Made by a program: the position numbers and the translations under genes. From Candidatus Woesearchaeota archaeon (GTDB lineage: Archaea > Nanobdellota > Nanobdellia > Woesearchaeales > JAGVYU01), in contig JAZDHV010000003.1 in assembly GCA_043805595.1 (NCBI GenBank), positions 1 to 60,841 on the forward strand: 60,841 nt of DNA. The letters run 5' to 3'. The notes below the pieces were generated by a model that saw only the letters and a program-made list of their open reading frames with translations, was not told where the DNA came from and did no database searches. Shown here piece after piece: positions 20,801 to 30,800 of this stretch (its first letter is position 1; every line of letters starts with the position of its first letter).

Positions 20801-21466
20801 TCTGATGCAACCAGATCTTTGACTCAATTCAGGGGTTTGGCTGGATTCTCATCTTTATTCATCCCTGATGAGACATTGCAGGAATGGAGAGAGAAGGTTG
20901 ACCAGGCTTTTGCAAAAATGTATCTTGGAACAGAATATTGGGCTTCAAAGATTTGCGCCTCAAATATTGTCTTGGATGATGAATCATTGGTCTATATCGA
21001 GACTCCTGATGGTTTGATAGGAATCGCTGCTCACATTGAGGGAGAGAAGATTGAGTCCCCTGATCTTGCGAATAATTCTATGAGATATGTGTATAAGATT
21101 TCTTATTTTGTGCAGAACCATCCTAGCGCTGTTCAATCTGAAGGTTTCAGGTTGAATGACCAGGACATGGTTTTCAATGTTGAAGTGATTGGTCCAGGAG
21201 TTAGAAATAAAATATATCCAGAGGATATTGAGCTTGGGACTGGCCAGATAAAGCGTGTGGGTCCGGATAATTTGCTGGTTAAAGAGTCTCCATACAATTA
21301 TGACAAGGTTTGCATTGTGTTTGAGACTCCTATAAGGACTTTTGGTGAGAGTTTTTCCACAGAGTCAAGGGATGAGGTCTGCAATAAGTTCTCTAAATAT
21401 ACAGGTGGTCCAACAACAGTTAGAACCCCTTCACAAGTGTCTGGAACTGGCACAAGTGATTGGTAA
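17858..21466 (+). CDS. Cassette protein C2: 1202-aa membrane-anchored protein with internal lytic transglycosylase (SLT/lysozyme-like) domain
   Basis: AVAQVESS, GAVGLFQVQPSTA and AVARYYSG motifs (~19250-19810); TM + ITGMAVGG; C-terminus similar to C1. Confidence 0.8.
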   Translation: MKNKKQRNGNGILKRLTFHKDIFYPIAKVRQIPTALVEIKNKMKIKYKKKAKADDYHHMKAALLFIIMITSIFYLGVMSGSSSGPGSNSVTGGVVRITGMAVGGLDVSSWDDQELFFDATRKLTIIGKTTDGNTINGYLVEHIGETDPRLNGNYWITENPGWQTLGGDLVAIKWDGNTGQFRRFDLVNENSGPFDDDVNTLQDFIQDYSSAHGLERVEDDKLRTNYVFLGDDPSNPNTIIIPPWVLGEDSFNYRGPRVAASAGTGTTYGIGILNEQTLQPYLTSAMAKSLIHDNKNEEQWRDELDNRVTHDQAVEALALIGSSQSTIDELNKVKAGATNVQKANIDAAIASIQAKMDLIRASDAPMSQPLLGTTVGQPSGLQPNQVYRYTHSSGENIYRIDSIDDGQGNVIVVNENGAKVKINRDSFNSIMDEGSLTYIRTETPQSTPSPTTVAYSTGSNNLGVRTIVDVLNNNQGKYDLILNNPNVAIAVAQVESSLNVNTPDSVTGAVGLFQVQPSTAVDVLGRTDPAIRAINERYPDPGPETPAQRKVREDKIRAALLDLSTPINLNDPKTSTELGLVVLDEQIKFARTNNPDLTDDQILQIAVARYYSGTGPDGRIKTWQDYLTATGDQETGPSIVAHVNKFIKALKEIEPNLIQVSGTTPTGIFPIVTLEPIVKLEPSPEYLQQNGQPLYVDKDGNLYASPVADPKNLFSAGDALHVTIRGGYALLQPVPIVEGKPGAPLDEYYISPAGSIKDPTARLQIMQQEFNLLTGLPEGAEFEVKHENNGDLVIKAGPDTIRYVNHKGTQFDGDSVFKGTVRRTNDITAPIYYDENGNRITASKFEANNGLPDDEKKLFIQVPQRSTITTEHHGNDLVYGEHRFQNVEIKEGKIIDVWTEISRVNEEGREIFFVQPDKLDRTPQGYWLKFDCGIYAGCEFVGVVNPDNPDVTISPSEAKISPQDLAKYQKLGKQYSHRRFFSDATRSLTQFRGLAGFSSLFIPDETLQEWREKVDQAFAKMYLGTEYWASKICASNIVLDDESLVYIETPDGLIGIAAHIEGEKIESPDLANNSMRYVYKISYFVQNHPSAVQSEGFRLNDQDMVFNVEVIGPGVRNKIYPEDIELGTGQIKRVGPDNLLVKESPYNYDKVCIVFETPIRTFGESFSTESRDEVCNKFSKYTGGPTTVRTPSQVSGTGTSDW

Positions 21467-22344
21467 TATTTGATCTTGATAAAATGCCGAACATAATTCA
21501 GTGGATTTTAGGAATATCTATAATTTTGGTAGTGTCGCTCATCTATAATCATAAGTATGTCCTTGGCCAATTAAAAAAAGCATTAGTGGCATTAAGAAGG
21601 CCAAACAAGATCTTGATCACAGCCTTCATCGATCTTTTTTTTTATGTCTCTTTTTTCTTCATTGCACTTATTTTTTTATTGCTTGTCCAGAATAAAGCAG
21701 GTTCATTAGATGATATCGGCCTTGACTCGATCAAGAGCCAGCTTATGAGCGGTGAAATAACTGATGCTTTAGAGTCTCAGATGGCAGGTTCTGTTGAAGC
21801 AATGAGATCATTTGTTATTTACTTCATAATCATCTTTGCCATTGCAATAATAATCACTTTAGTCCTTTACACATTGTTCAAAGGCCTGATATGGTCAAAT
21901 ATCTCTAATAGCAAGTTCACAAAATCCTTTTTCTTAAGATATTTGCGGCTTAACTTTGTCCTGATGATTATTTTATTAATAATCTTGGCTTTTTTCTCAT
22001 TTTTCCTTGGCGACCTGGCATTGGATGTATCGCCTTACATCATGCTTGTATCTGCCTATTTCACATATTTATGCACATTTTTCTTCCTTAAAGGCCAAAA
22101 GACTTTCAAGAGCATAAAGAATTCAATTGTTTTTGGGATCAAGCTGTTCCCAAAATTGATTCTTCCATTGACATTTATTATTATAATCTATCTGGTTATC
22201 TTTGCAGTATTATATTATCTCTCTTATCTTAATATGCCTTTGCTGTCAAGCTTTGTTTACACAGTATTGATACTTGGATTGTTTGCCTTCATCAGGATAT
22301 TTTTATTTGGTATTTATAAGGAGATTATAAAAGAAAAAACTTAA
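21460..22344 (+). CDS. Cassette protein D2: polytopic membrane protein
   Basis: Paralog of D1 and D3; TTG start overlaps the C2 stop (alternative ATG at 21484). Confidence 0.8.
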   Translation: MVIFDLDKMPNIIQWILGISIILVVSLIYNHKYVLGQLKKALVALRRPNKILITAFIDLFFYVSFFFIALIFLLLVQNKAGSLDDIGLDSIKSQLMSGEITDALESQMAGSVEAMRSFVIYFIIIFAIAIIITLVLYTLFKGLIWSNISNSKFTKSFFLRYLRLNFVLMIILLIILAFFSFFLGDLALDVSPYIMLVSAYFTYLCTFFFLKGQKTFKSIKNSIVFGIKLFPKLILPLTFIIIIYLVIFAVLYYLSYLNMPLLSSFVYTVLILGLFAFIRIFLFGIYKEIIKEKT

Positions 22345-22395
22345 ATACTCTAATATTCAGGAATATATATAATAAGGAAGAATTTGTGTTTTAAG

Positions 22396-24348
22396 ATGTT
22401 AAAAAAGGGGCAAGTTACGCTTTTCATAATCATAGGCATATTTCTTATAATTATAGCAGGCTCTTACTTCCTTATCAGGCTTGCCTCTGAAGAGCCTGCT
22501 AAAATTATTTCCCCTAAAATCATGCCAATAAAGGAATATGTTGAGTCCTGCATAGAGCTAACTGCCATAAGAGGTCTTGAAATCCAAGGGAAACAGGGCG
22601 GCTACATTGACATTCCTGAGAATATCAGGTTTAATTCAAGAGCTTACTTGAGGAATGACTTGTTCGGGAATATTGAGCATCCTTTTTGGTTTTATGACGG
22701 CATAAACAATTCTCCTACTTTGGATATGACTAAATCTGAATTGACAAGATATATTGAGAACAGATTGCAAAATTGCTTGAATTTTTCTGGATTTAATGAT
22801 TTCAATATAACTCCTATGCTGAATGTTCCTGATGTTGAGGTAACCTATGGCGACAGCTCAACTATTGTGAATGTTGATTATCCGCTAAAGGTCCTTGACC
22901 TTAACACTAATGAGCTTAACAGGGATATCAAGGGGTTCCGTGTCTCAATTCCAATCAGGTTTAAGAAAGCTTTCAACACTGCATTGAACATTTTTGATTC
23001 TGAGAACAGGGATTTATTTCTTGAGGACAAAGTCATAGACCTGATTGCAATGACTCCTGAGGATGAGATTCCTTATACAGGTGTTGAGTTCCAGTGCGGA
23101 AGAAAGCATTGGAGCCTTTCAAGAATCACCAGCAGATTGAAGCAGTTGATCAGGGTGAATTTTCCTTATATCAAGTTTGTGAATCTGCCTTATGATAAGG
23201 ATAAGTTCATCAGTGTTCCTGACAAGCCAGACACTTATGAGTCATCTTATTTTAATCTTCATTATTTGTGGGATGCAGGTATTGAGCCTGATGAGAATAT
23301 GAAGGCAGCTGTGATATTTGATGATAAATTCCCATTTAAAATTTATGCAAATCCTAGCAAGGACGGCAGATTGTCTTCAAGTGCTGAGCAGGCTGAGAAC
23401 ATGTTCACTTTCATTTGCCTGAATATCTGGCATTTCACTTATGATGTTGAATTTCCGGTTATCATCAGGGTCAAGGATTTTGCCACAAGCAACAATATGG
23501 AGTATGTATTTGAGTTTGCCACAAATGTCATCATCAGCCATAACCTTCCTGATCATTCTTCTTTGGGAAGGATTATAACTGAACCAGTTGATTCAGCTGA
23601 TCTTGAGGAATATTGCACAACTGATGATTCTGATTATGATATCACTGTGGTTGCAAGGAACCAGAACACAAATATTGAGATTGAAGATGTTGACATAACA
23701 TTTGTCTGCGGTTTCCTGTCATGTCCTATCGGCAGGACTGATTTCATCCCTGATCTTGGTAATATCCCGGCTTTGCAGACAAAGGTGCCTTATTGCGTTA
23801 ATGCAGTGCTGAAGGCAAACAAGACTGGTTATTTGGATGCAAAAGCATTTGGCAATATCAACACTGAATTTGAGGGTCCTTATGATATAAATATGGAAGG
23901 GGTCAAGAAATTTGATGCATTTGAGGTTGTCATGCATCCTATGATTAATGATGAAGAGGTATCTGCACAGGAATTCCCTCTTGGACTCAATCAGGTTGCG
24001 ACAATTGTTGTGACACCTTATGACAAGGAAGACCTTGATAATTATGCTGTTTACCCTGTCTCAGGAGTTGATTTAGATGATGAGTTCATACTTCCTATCA
24101 GGTTGTATGCAGATGAGAGGATCAAGTACAAGGTGTCAATTTTTATCAGCTCTGGCGAGAATATTGTCGGCGCTTATGAAGGTGATTGGACTCCTGACAT
24201 GAATGATATTGATTATGCTTCAAAGATAAAGTTCCATGTTGTGACTCGACAGCCTGGGTCTGTTGATGATGAAAGAAACTACCTTTTCTTTCAGGGAATA
24301 AGGGGTTATTCAGAGAAGATACCAAAACCAGAATTATTGGTAAGTTAA
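22396..24348 (+). CDS. Cassette protein A3: large pilin-like protein with class III signal peptide
   Basis: MLKKG/QVTLFIIIGIFL; YVESC...GLEIQGKQGGYI; WHFTYDVEFPV. Confidence 0.8.
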   Translation: MLKKGQVTLFIIIGIFLIIIAGSYFLIRLASEEPAKIISPKIMPIKEYVESCIELTAIRGLEIQGKQGGYIDIPENIRFNSRAYLRNDLFGNIEHPFWFYDGINNSPTLDMTKSELTRYIENRLQNCLNFSGFNDFNITPMLNVPDVEVTYGDSSTIVNVDYPLKVLDLNTNELNRDIKGFRVSIPIRFKKAFNTALNIFDSENRDLFLEDKVIDLIAMTPEDEIPYTGVEFQCGRKHWSLSRITSRLKQLIRVNFPYIKFVNLPYDKDKFISVPDKPDTYESSYFNLHYLWDAGIEPDENMKAAVIFDDKFPFKIYANPSKDGRLSSSAEQAENMFTFICLNIWHFTYDVEFPVIIRVKDFATSNNMEYVFEFATNVIISHNLPDHSSLGRIITEPVDSADLEEYCTTDDSDYDITVVARNQNTNIEIEDVDITFVCGFLSCPIGRTDFIPDLGNIPALQTKVPYCVNAVLKANKTGYLDAKAFGNINTEFEGPYDINMEGVKKFDAFEVVMHPMINDEEVSAQEFPLGLNQVATIVVTPYDKEDLDNYAVYPVSGVDLDDEFILPIRLYADERIKYKVSIFISSGENIVGAYEGDWTPDMNDIDYASKIKFHVVTRQPGSVDDERNYLFFQGIRGYSEKIPKPELLVS

Positions 24349-24354
24349 AATGAA

Positions 24355-24400
24355 TCAAGTCGGAATTCGAAATAATGTTGCATCAGCATCGAATTCCTAA
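24355..24400. repeat. R5 hairpin, copy 4
   Basis: GGAATTCGA-n18-TCGAATTCC. Confidence 0.8.
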
Positions 24401-24401
24401 A

Positions 24402-24559
24402 ATGTCAGGAATTTTCCACCAGTCTCTGACTGGTGGCAATCTTTGATTGATTTAGCTTTCAGGAGTGAAAAATTCCTGAGCACTAAGAACCACCAGTCCT
24501 ATCATAATGTAATTGCGGATTTAGTGAATCCCACCAGTCTATGACTGGTGGTTATTTAG
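24402..24559. repeat. R1 mosaic repeat, copy 4 (diverged, two modules)
   Basis: Matches 4075-4231. Confidence 0.85.
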
Positions 24560-24604
24560 GATTAATACAAAATAAACAAATAAGAAAAAAAGTAAAAAAA
24601 ACAA

Positions 24605-24650
24605 TCAAGTCGGAATTTGAAGTGAAATTGACTCCAGCTCAAATTCCTAA
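24605..24650. repeat. R5 hairpin, copy 5
   Basis: GGAATTTGA-n18-TCAAATTCC. Confidence 0.8.
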
Positions 24651-24701
24651 AGAAATAAAATAATATTTAAGAAATATTAAGCATTAAAAGGGAAAAAAGT
24701 T

Positions 24702-24819
24702 AAAAAAATTGAGGAGGAATTCAAGGCTAAAGTAATGCCGAATTGTCATAAAAATCAAAGAGATTTTTAGGACACAAAAAATCCTAAAGGATTTTTTCGT
24801 GAATTCGTTTCAGATGATT
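24702..24819. repeat. R6 repeat, copy 2, running into the B3 start codon
   Basis: Matches 16514-16631. Confidence 0.8.
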
Positions 24820-27800
24820 AAAAACAAACTATCTGTGATTATTGCAACTTTACTACTTCTAACCCTCCCATTTAGTTATGCAGATTCTGTTTCAGAACAA
24901 TCATTAACTACAAGCATCAAGGAGTCAAATGAATTTGTATTAGGCCTATTCGGAAAAGTTACACCTATATCTGACTCATTAATACTATATCCATTAACTA
25001 CAAGCTCAAGATCTGAATTCATTCCATTGCTTGCGGCTACAACAACTACCACCAGTTCAACAACATCTACTTCCACGACAACAACTTCAACTACGTCGAC
25101 AACAACAACCACATCCACAACAATTCCAAGCGCTGCTGCACCCACATTCAGTGTTGATATTCCTGAAAGGATTGATAAGACCAGCATTAATATTATAGTG
25201 ACTTCTGATCCCTTGACAATAATTGAGGTCAATGTCAACAGCAGGGCTGATTATAGGAGGTCAAATGCTGATGATAATGGGACTGCCAGATTCAATAATC
25301 TGCAGTTAAGATCAGGCCAGAACAATATTGATGTCTCTTCAATAAGCGCAACTGGCGAGAACAATGCACAATCATTCCCGATCTTTGTTGACCTAGATCT
25401 GCCAGTATTGACAATCTCTGAAATGCCAGGCCTTGTAGGGGCGAGACAGTATGCATTAAGAGGTTCTGTCAACAAGCTTGTTGACATAGAAGTTTATGAG
25501 ATATCTGGTGATCTTGACAATACTCCTCCAAAAACCCCTGCTGGATTAAAGGTTAATGCAACCTCAGGAAATTCTGTTGCATTGTCATGGGACCAGAACA
25601 ATGAGTCTGACTTCTTGCAGTATATAATTTACAGGAGTGACAAAGGCCCTATTGCAACTACATCTCCTGAATCATATGATTCTTATGATGATGTCTTGGT
25701 AGATAAGAGCACAAGGTATCAGTATCAGGTCTCTGCTATGGACGAGTCATGTCTTGAGAGTCCAAAATCAAGGATTGCTGCTGTTACAACCCCTAATAAT
25801 GGTGAGGATGGCAGGGCTGTGCTCTTAGAGCCTATCACTGTTGATTGCAATGAAAACCAGAACCTGAGGAGGGTTGACTCATTCACGACAAATGGATCAT
25901 TCAATATAACACTTAATCTAGAAGAAGGCAGAAATTTGTTCTTGTTCAGGGCAACTGATCTCAGCAATAACACTGTTGAAGTCAGAAGAGCAACCCTGGT
26001 TGATTCAGAGCCTCCGACAATTGAGATCACCAGCCCAAGGCCTGGGATTATGATATATGAGCACTTTGCAAATTCTGTTGACATCCAGGGGATGACAGAG
26101 CCTTATTCAAAAGTTGAGCTTGCACTGCAGGGCCAGAGGGTTGCTTCAACTCCTAGTGCTAGAAATCCTGAAGAAGCTCTGCTTCCTGAATTGCAGGTTA
26201 CAATCGGCACTGTCAAAGAATCCACTAATGCAGATAAAGACGGATATTTTGAGTTTGAGAATGTAAATCTTATGACTTATATTCGAGGCTCGTTAAATGC
26301 TAATGTTGTTAGACCTGGTGATGAGGGTCTTGCTGGCAGGACCCGTGATCTTGGTGCATATGATGAAGTCAATCTTGCTTTCAGGGCAACTGACCGTGCT
26401 GGAAAACAGGCTGTTGAAGAGGTGTCTTACACTATTGGGACCTGCTGGTCTGGTAATTTCACTTGGGGCATTGCGCAATTGTCGCAATACAACAGCCCAT
26501 CATGGTTGAGTGCTGAGCGTCTTTCAGAAGGAACTGAAGAGATAGCCTTTTATTTCAAGTTCTCATATCATGGCGAGGGTGATATTGATGTGAATAATTC
26601 GAGGGACACTAGGTCATCGACAAGAGTCAATACAGTCTCAATCCATGATGCATGTGATGATTATATCAGGACAAAGCCAGATTATGACTGGGCCTGCAAG
26701 GCATTGAGCAGCTGCAGGGCTGAGATGAATCCTGATGGCAGCATGGCTTATGTAACATGCCGTCTTAACAAGGTTGATGAATTGATGGACTTTGATGCTG
26801 AAGAATGGAAAGATTGGTTCAAGGCAATCAACAATGAGATGAGATTCCCTTTGATGATCACATTAGGTTTTCAGGAAAGATTTCAGGGAAAGATGAGATC
26901 AGGCTCTCAAGCCTCATGTGAAGAAGTCACTTATGCTGTTGACAATGCAATGATAAATTTCACTGATGTCTTGCCTGACTGGCTTCTTTACGACGGTGTC
27001 AGGATAATGCAGGATGCAATCAAGACTATTGAGACAATCAACAAGAACCTAAATCAGATCCTTGAATATGTGACAATCGGCTGTGTTGCTTCTTTTATCA
27101 CAAAATTTGGGATTCAGGTTTACAGAAGATACTCCTGCACATATGATAATCTTTTTGGAAATATTGTTGACAGTATTGCTCCTGATCCAGAATCTTCTGG
27201 AAAACAGGAGAATTGCAAAGCCTGCCTGCAGCAGTTCAAGGCTGAGGGTTATTTCAAAGATGATGAGATCATCAGCAAGATCACTAATCCTATTGCAAAA
27301 TTGATGGATCCAGGCATTCAGGACAAGATCCCTGATGCTTGCATGCCTGTCTGTTTTGAGAAGTGCTCTAATGCATGGGATCTTGAGGCAAATAATTATG
27401 ATGTATACAGATGGGCTTGCGACCGTGTCTTTTGCCATGCTGCTCCTTCCAGATGGACTCAGGAAAAACAGGATTATGAGCTGGTTGAAAAGGCAAAAGA
27501 GCTCAATTACTGCCAGAATGATTTGACATATAGGGGCCAGCCTTTGACAGCTGTTGAATGCTCGAAGATTTCGACTTCTGAAGAGTTTAAGAGGACATTG
27601 ACAGAAGACACTTGCTTTGAGATACAGGACAAGACAGGAAAAAAGACTGAGATTTATGAGTTGAAAGAGCCTGCCGGAAATGATGTCTACAGGATTTTTA
27701 TTCCAGAAGCCAGTGGAAGGATCCTTAAGTCTGATTATGCCATAAAGGTTTCTGACCGTTATTATATGACTGCAATGCCTGAGACCTGCAATGAGATCTG

Positions 27801-30800
27801 CGGAATCACTGGAGCTGAGGATGATGAGCTCTATAATGATTATCTTGCTGAGACAACAAACAAGAATTCAACTGCTAGGTGTGTTACTGTCAATCAATGC
27901 AACCAATACAGGCAGGAAGGCAATCTTACTTTAAGAGGCGGAACTCAGCTTCAGGTAAAGAGTGCTATGAATCAAGGATTTACCAGTGACTGCTTTTACA
28001 AGGCAGGACATTCATCATTGAGCAACATTGATGTTGTCAGCAAGGATCCTAACAGGAGAAAGGAATGCTGCTGCATCAACACTGCTGAGAGGGCTCAGCT
28101 GAATTATTATAATTATACACAGCCTTATATCCAGAAGGATAATAAAAAATCATTGCTCAGCCTTGCAACAGCTGAAGCTGAAGAGGCTGTCGGATCTCCT
28201 GAAGGTGATTTCATCAATCCAAGGCCAAGCAATTATTCTGATATGTTGTGGTCTTACAGGTATTGGAAGATAGGGTTTGACAATAAGGAATACAATCCTG
28301 ACAGGTACATCAAGGGTAGGGATCAGTCTGCATGCTTTGGCCAGAACAATTGGATCTTTGACGGGTTTTCAAAGGCTGAAGGAGGCAATCTTCTCACTGT
28401 TGATCCATTCAAGCAGCATACTGCTGCATTCCAATGTGCTTGCATCACTGGCATCTATAACAGGCTTAAGATGATCCAGAATATTCTGGTTCTCCTTTCA
28501 TCATGCTTGATTGAAGTCAGAGAGACTGGAAAAGGGGATGCAGGAGTCTGCAAAGAGGTTTTCACGCAATATGTTTGCGGAATGCTCTGGGATATAATAT
28601 CATACATAAAAGATGGATGTGTCCCTTTCCTGGGCAATATTGATTATGACAAGCAGGAGAATGAAATCCTTGAAAAGGTTAAGGTCGGCACTACATCAAT
28701 ATTTGAGTCTATGGATGATTCTACAAATGAGATTTCGCAGGAGTATGGCAATGCCCAGATCAATAGCTTGCTCGGCGGCGGCCAGGGCCAGATTGCTCGT
28801 GCTATCTGCCTTGCCTCATTTGGTTTTGACTGGGAGCTCTCTCTTGAGACAATGCTTGATGCTGCTTACTCCACACCATTTGCCACCTTGGTCCAGCCTA
28901 TCACAAAGAACAGGGAATATCTTTCTTTTGACCCAAGGACTGGAATGCCAAAATATGAGTACACTGCTTCTTGGATAATAAATCCTGGTTGTGAATTTGA
29001 TTATTATGATGTCTCATTGGTATGCGTCTCTGATGATGAGATTCGTGCAAATCCTGATATTAATTGCGGTAAAGTAGGCGGTTCTGAGATGGGATTGTCT
29101 GGCTGTGACTGTGCAAGGGTCACTGGCAAAGATGGTCCAGAGATGCAGTTCTTCAGGGGAAGGACCCTCTCCAATAATGTGCTTGTCGATCAAGAGTATG
29201 ACAGGATTGTCAAGCAGAAGTATAGGTTTGATCATCTTAAGTTCACTCTTGCTCCTAGCAGAAAACAGCAGCAATACTCGCCTGACACTGTTGCAAACTG
29301 CTTTCCTGAAGGCCATGAGGATGGAGTTTTTTATTTCCCATTGAGGGACAGGTCTGCGAATGATCTTATTGACTGCAATGTTGACATTGACTCTGGCATA
29401 TTTTATTGTGAAGGCGGAGGCCTTATGTCTGAATGGGATAGGAATGGCAATGCTTATTTCATCAATGTTGAGCTTAATGGCCAGGACATTGACCATCCTG
29501 ATCTTTATATCAATGAGGGCCAGGCATTAAGCCTTCAGGCTGAAATATTCAATTCAGGAAGGCCTAAATGCTTGAAGGTTGAGGTCTCACCTTTTGGCAG
29601 CCCTGCTGTTGTCCAGTCAAGGGATATTGATTTTAATGGTTCTCAGATTGTTCCAGTTAGGCTTGTTCCTAGTGAAGATGTGTCTAACAGGTATAGGCAG
29701 TATGATGATGTCAGGTTTGATGGCTGTTACACTACTGGAGGTTCAAACAGCAGGACTGAGTGCTATAATATTATTGGAAAGCCAAGGATTGACCAGAGCA
29801 ATGGCAATCTTGGCAAGTTCAAGACTATTCCAGATGGCTTTTCTGTAGTCTATTATTTGACTTTTATTGATGAAGATAGTAGTGGAAGCATTGAATTGAC
29901 TCAAAACAGCAAGGATAAGGTGTACATAAGGACAACTGACAACAGCAATGATAATCGTTACATAGATGTTGACAAGTCAACTGTGATGATTGCAAATCTT
30001 TTTGAGGATGGAAAGGTTAAGATTTCAAACCATCCAGAGGCTGTTTTTGAGATCACCAATGAAGTTCCTTTCAACAAAGGCATTGCAAATATCACTTATA
30101 TTGCCACAACTGGAAGGACAGATTATAACACTAATACAGAGAGGTGGAGCCTGACATATGGCTTGTATTATCTTGAGGATGATGGTGATAATTGCGCTGA
30201 TATCATTGAGACTGATCCTGTCGTTAATTATAATGAGAGGCTTGAGTATTCTGTTAATTTTTATGTAAAACCTTTGGATGAAGAGACTGCTAGGACTGGC
30301 AATAAGAAATGCACTCTTAATGCAAAATCCTCTGGAATATGCGATTGTGATGGTGATGGCTCTAACCAGGATGATGCTCCAATTGACTGCACAGGTGAGC
30401 CTGAGAATTATGGTGCAAGAAATGTAAGGGGAGAATGGAGCTATTGCTATAAGGATGGAGGAGCCTCAACACCTACATGCCATCTTTTCCCTAAATGCCC
30501 TAACGGTAGGACTACAACTCTTCCTTGCGACTGCAATCAGGACGGTGAGATTGTTTTTAACAATGACAATGATAGGAATACAGAACTTACAAATGATGTT
30601 GATTGTTATGATAAGTTTAATTATTGCTATGATTCTAGTGGCACCAGACAGTGCATCCCTTTCAACACCTGTTCAAGAAAACCAGAGGGAGAGCCTGCTG
30701 ATATGATTCCTTGTGACTGCAACAGGGATGGTGTGATAGAATTCACAGGAGACAATGATTGTTTTGGCAGTTTAAGATATTGCAGATCATCTGATTCATC

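Noticed and set aside
2714-30706. Numerous 60-205 aa ORFs antisense or out of frame within the large genes (e.g. 8676-9293, 29014-29496, 24876-25238)
   Set aside because: Shadow ORFs of strongly biased coding sequence, with no motifs or expression signals.
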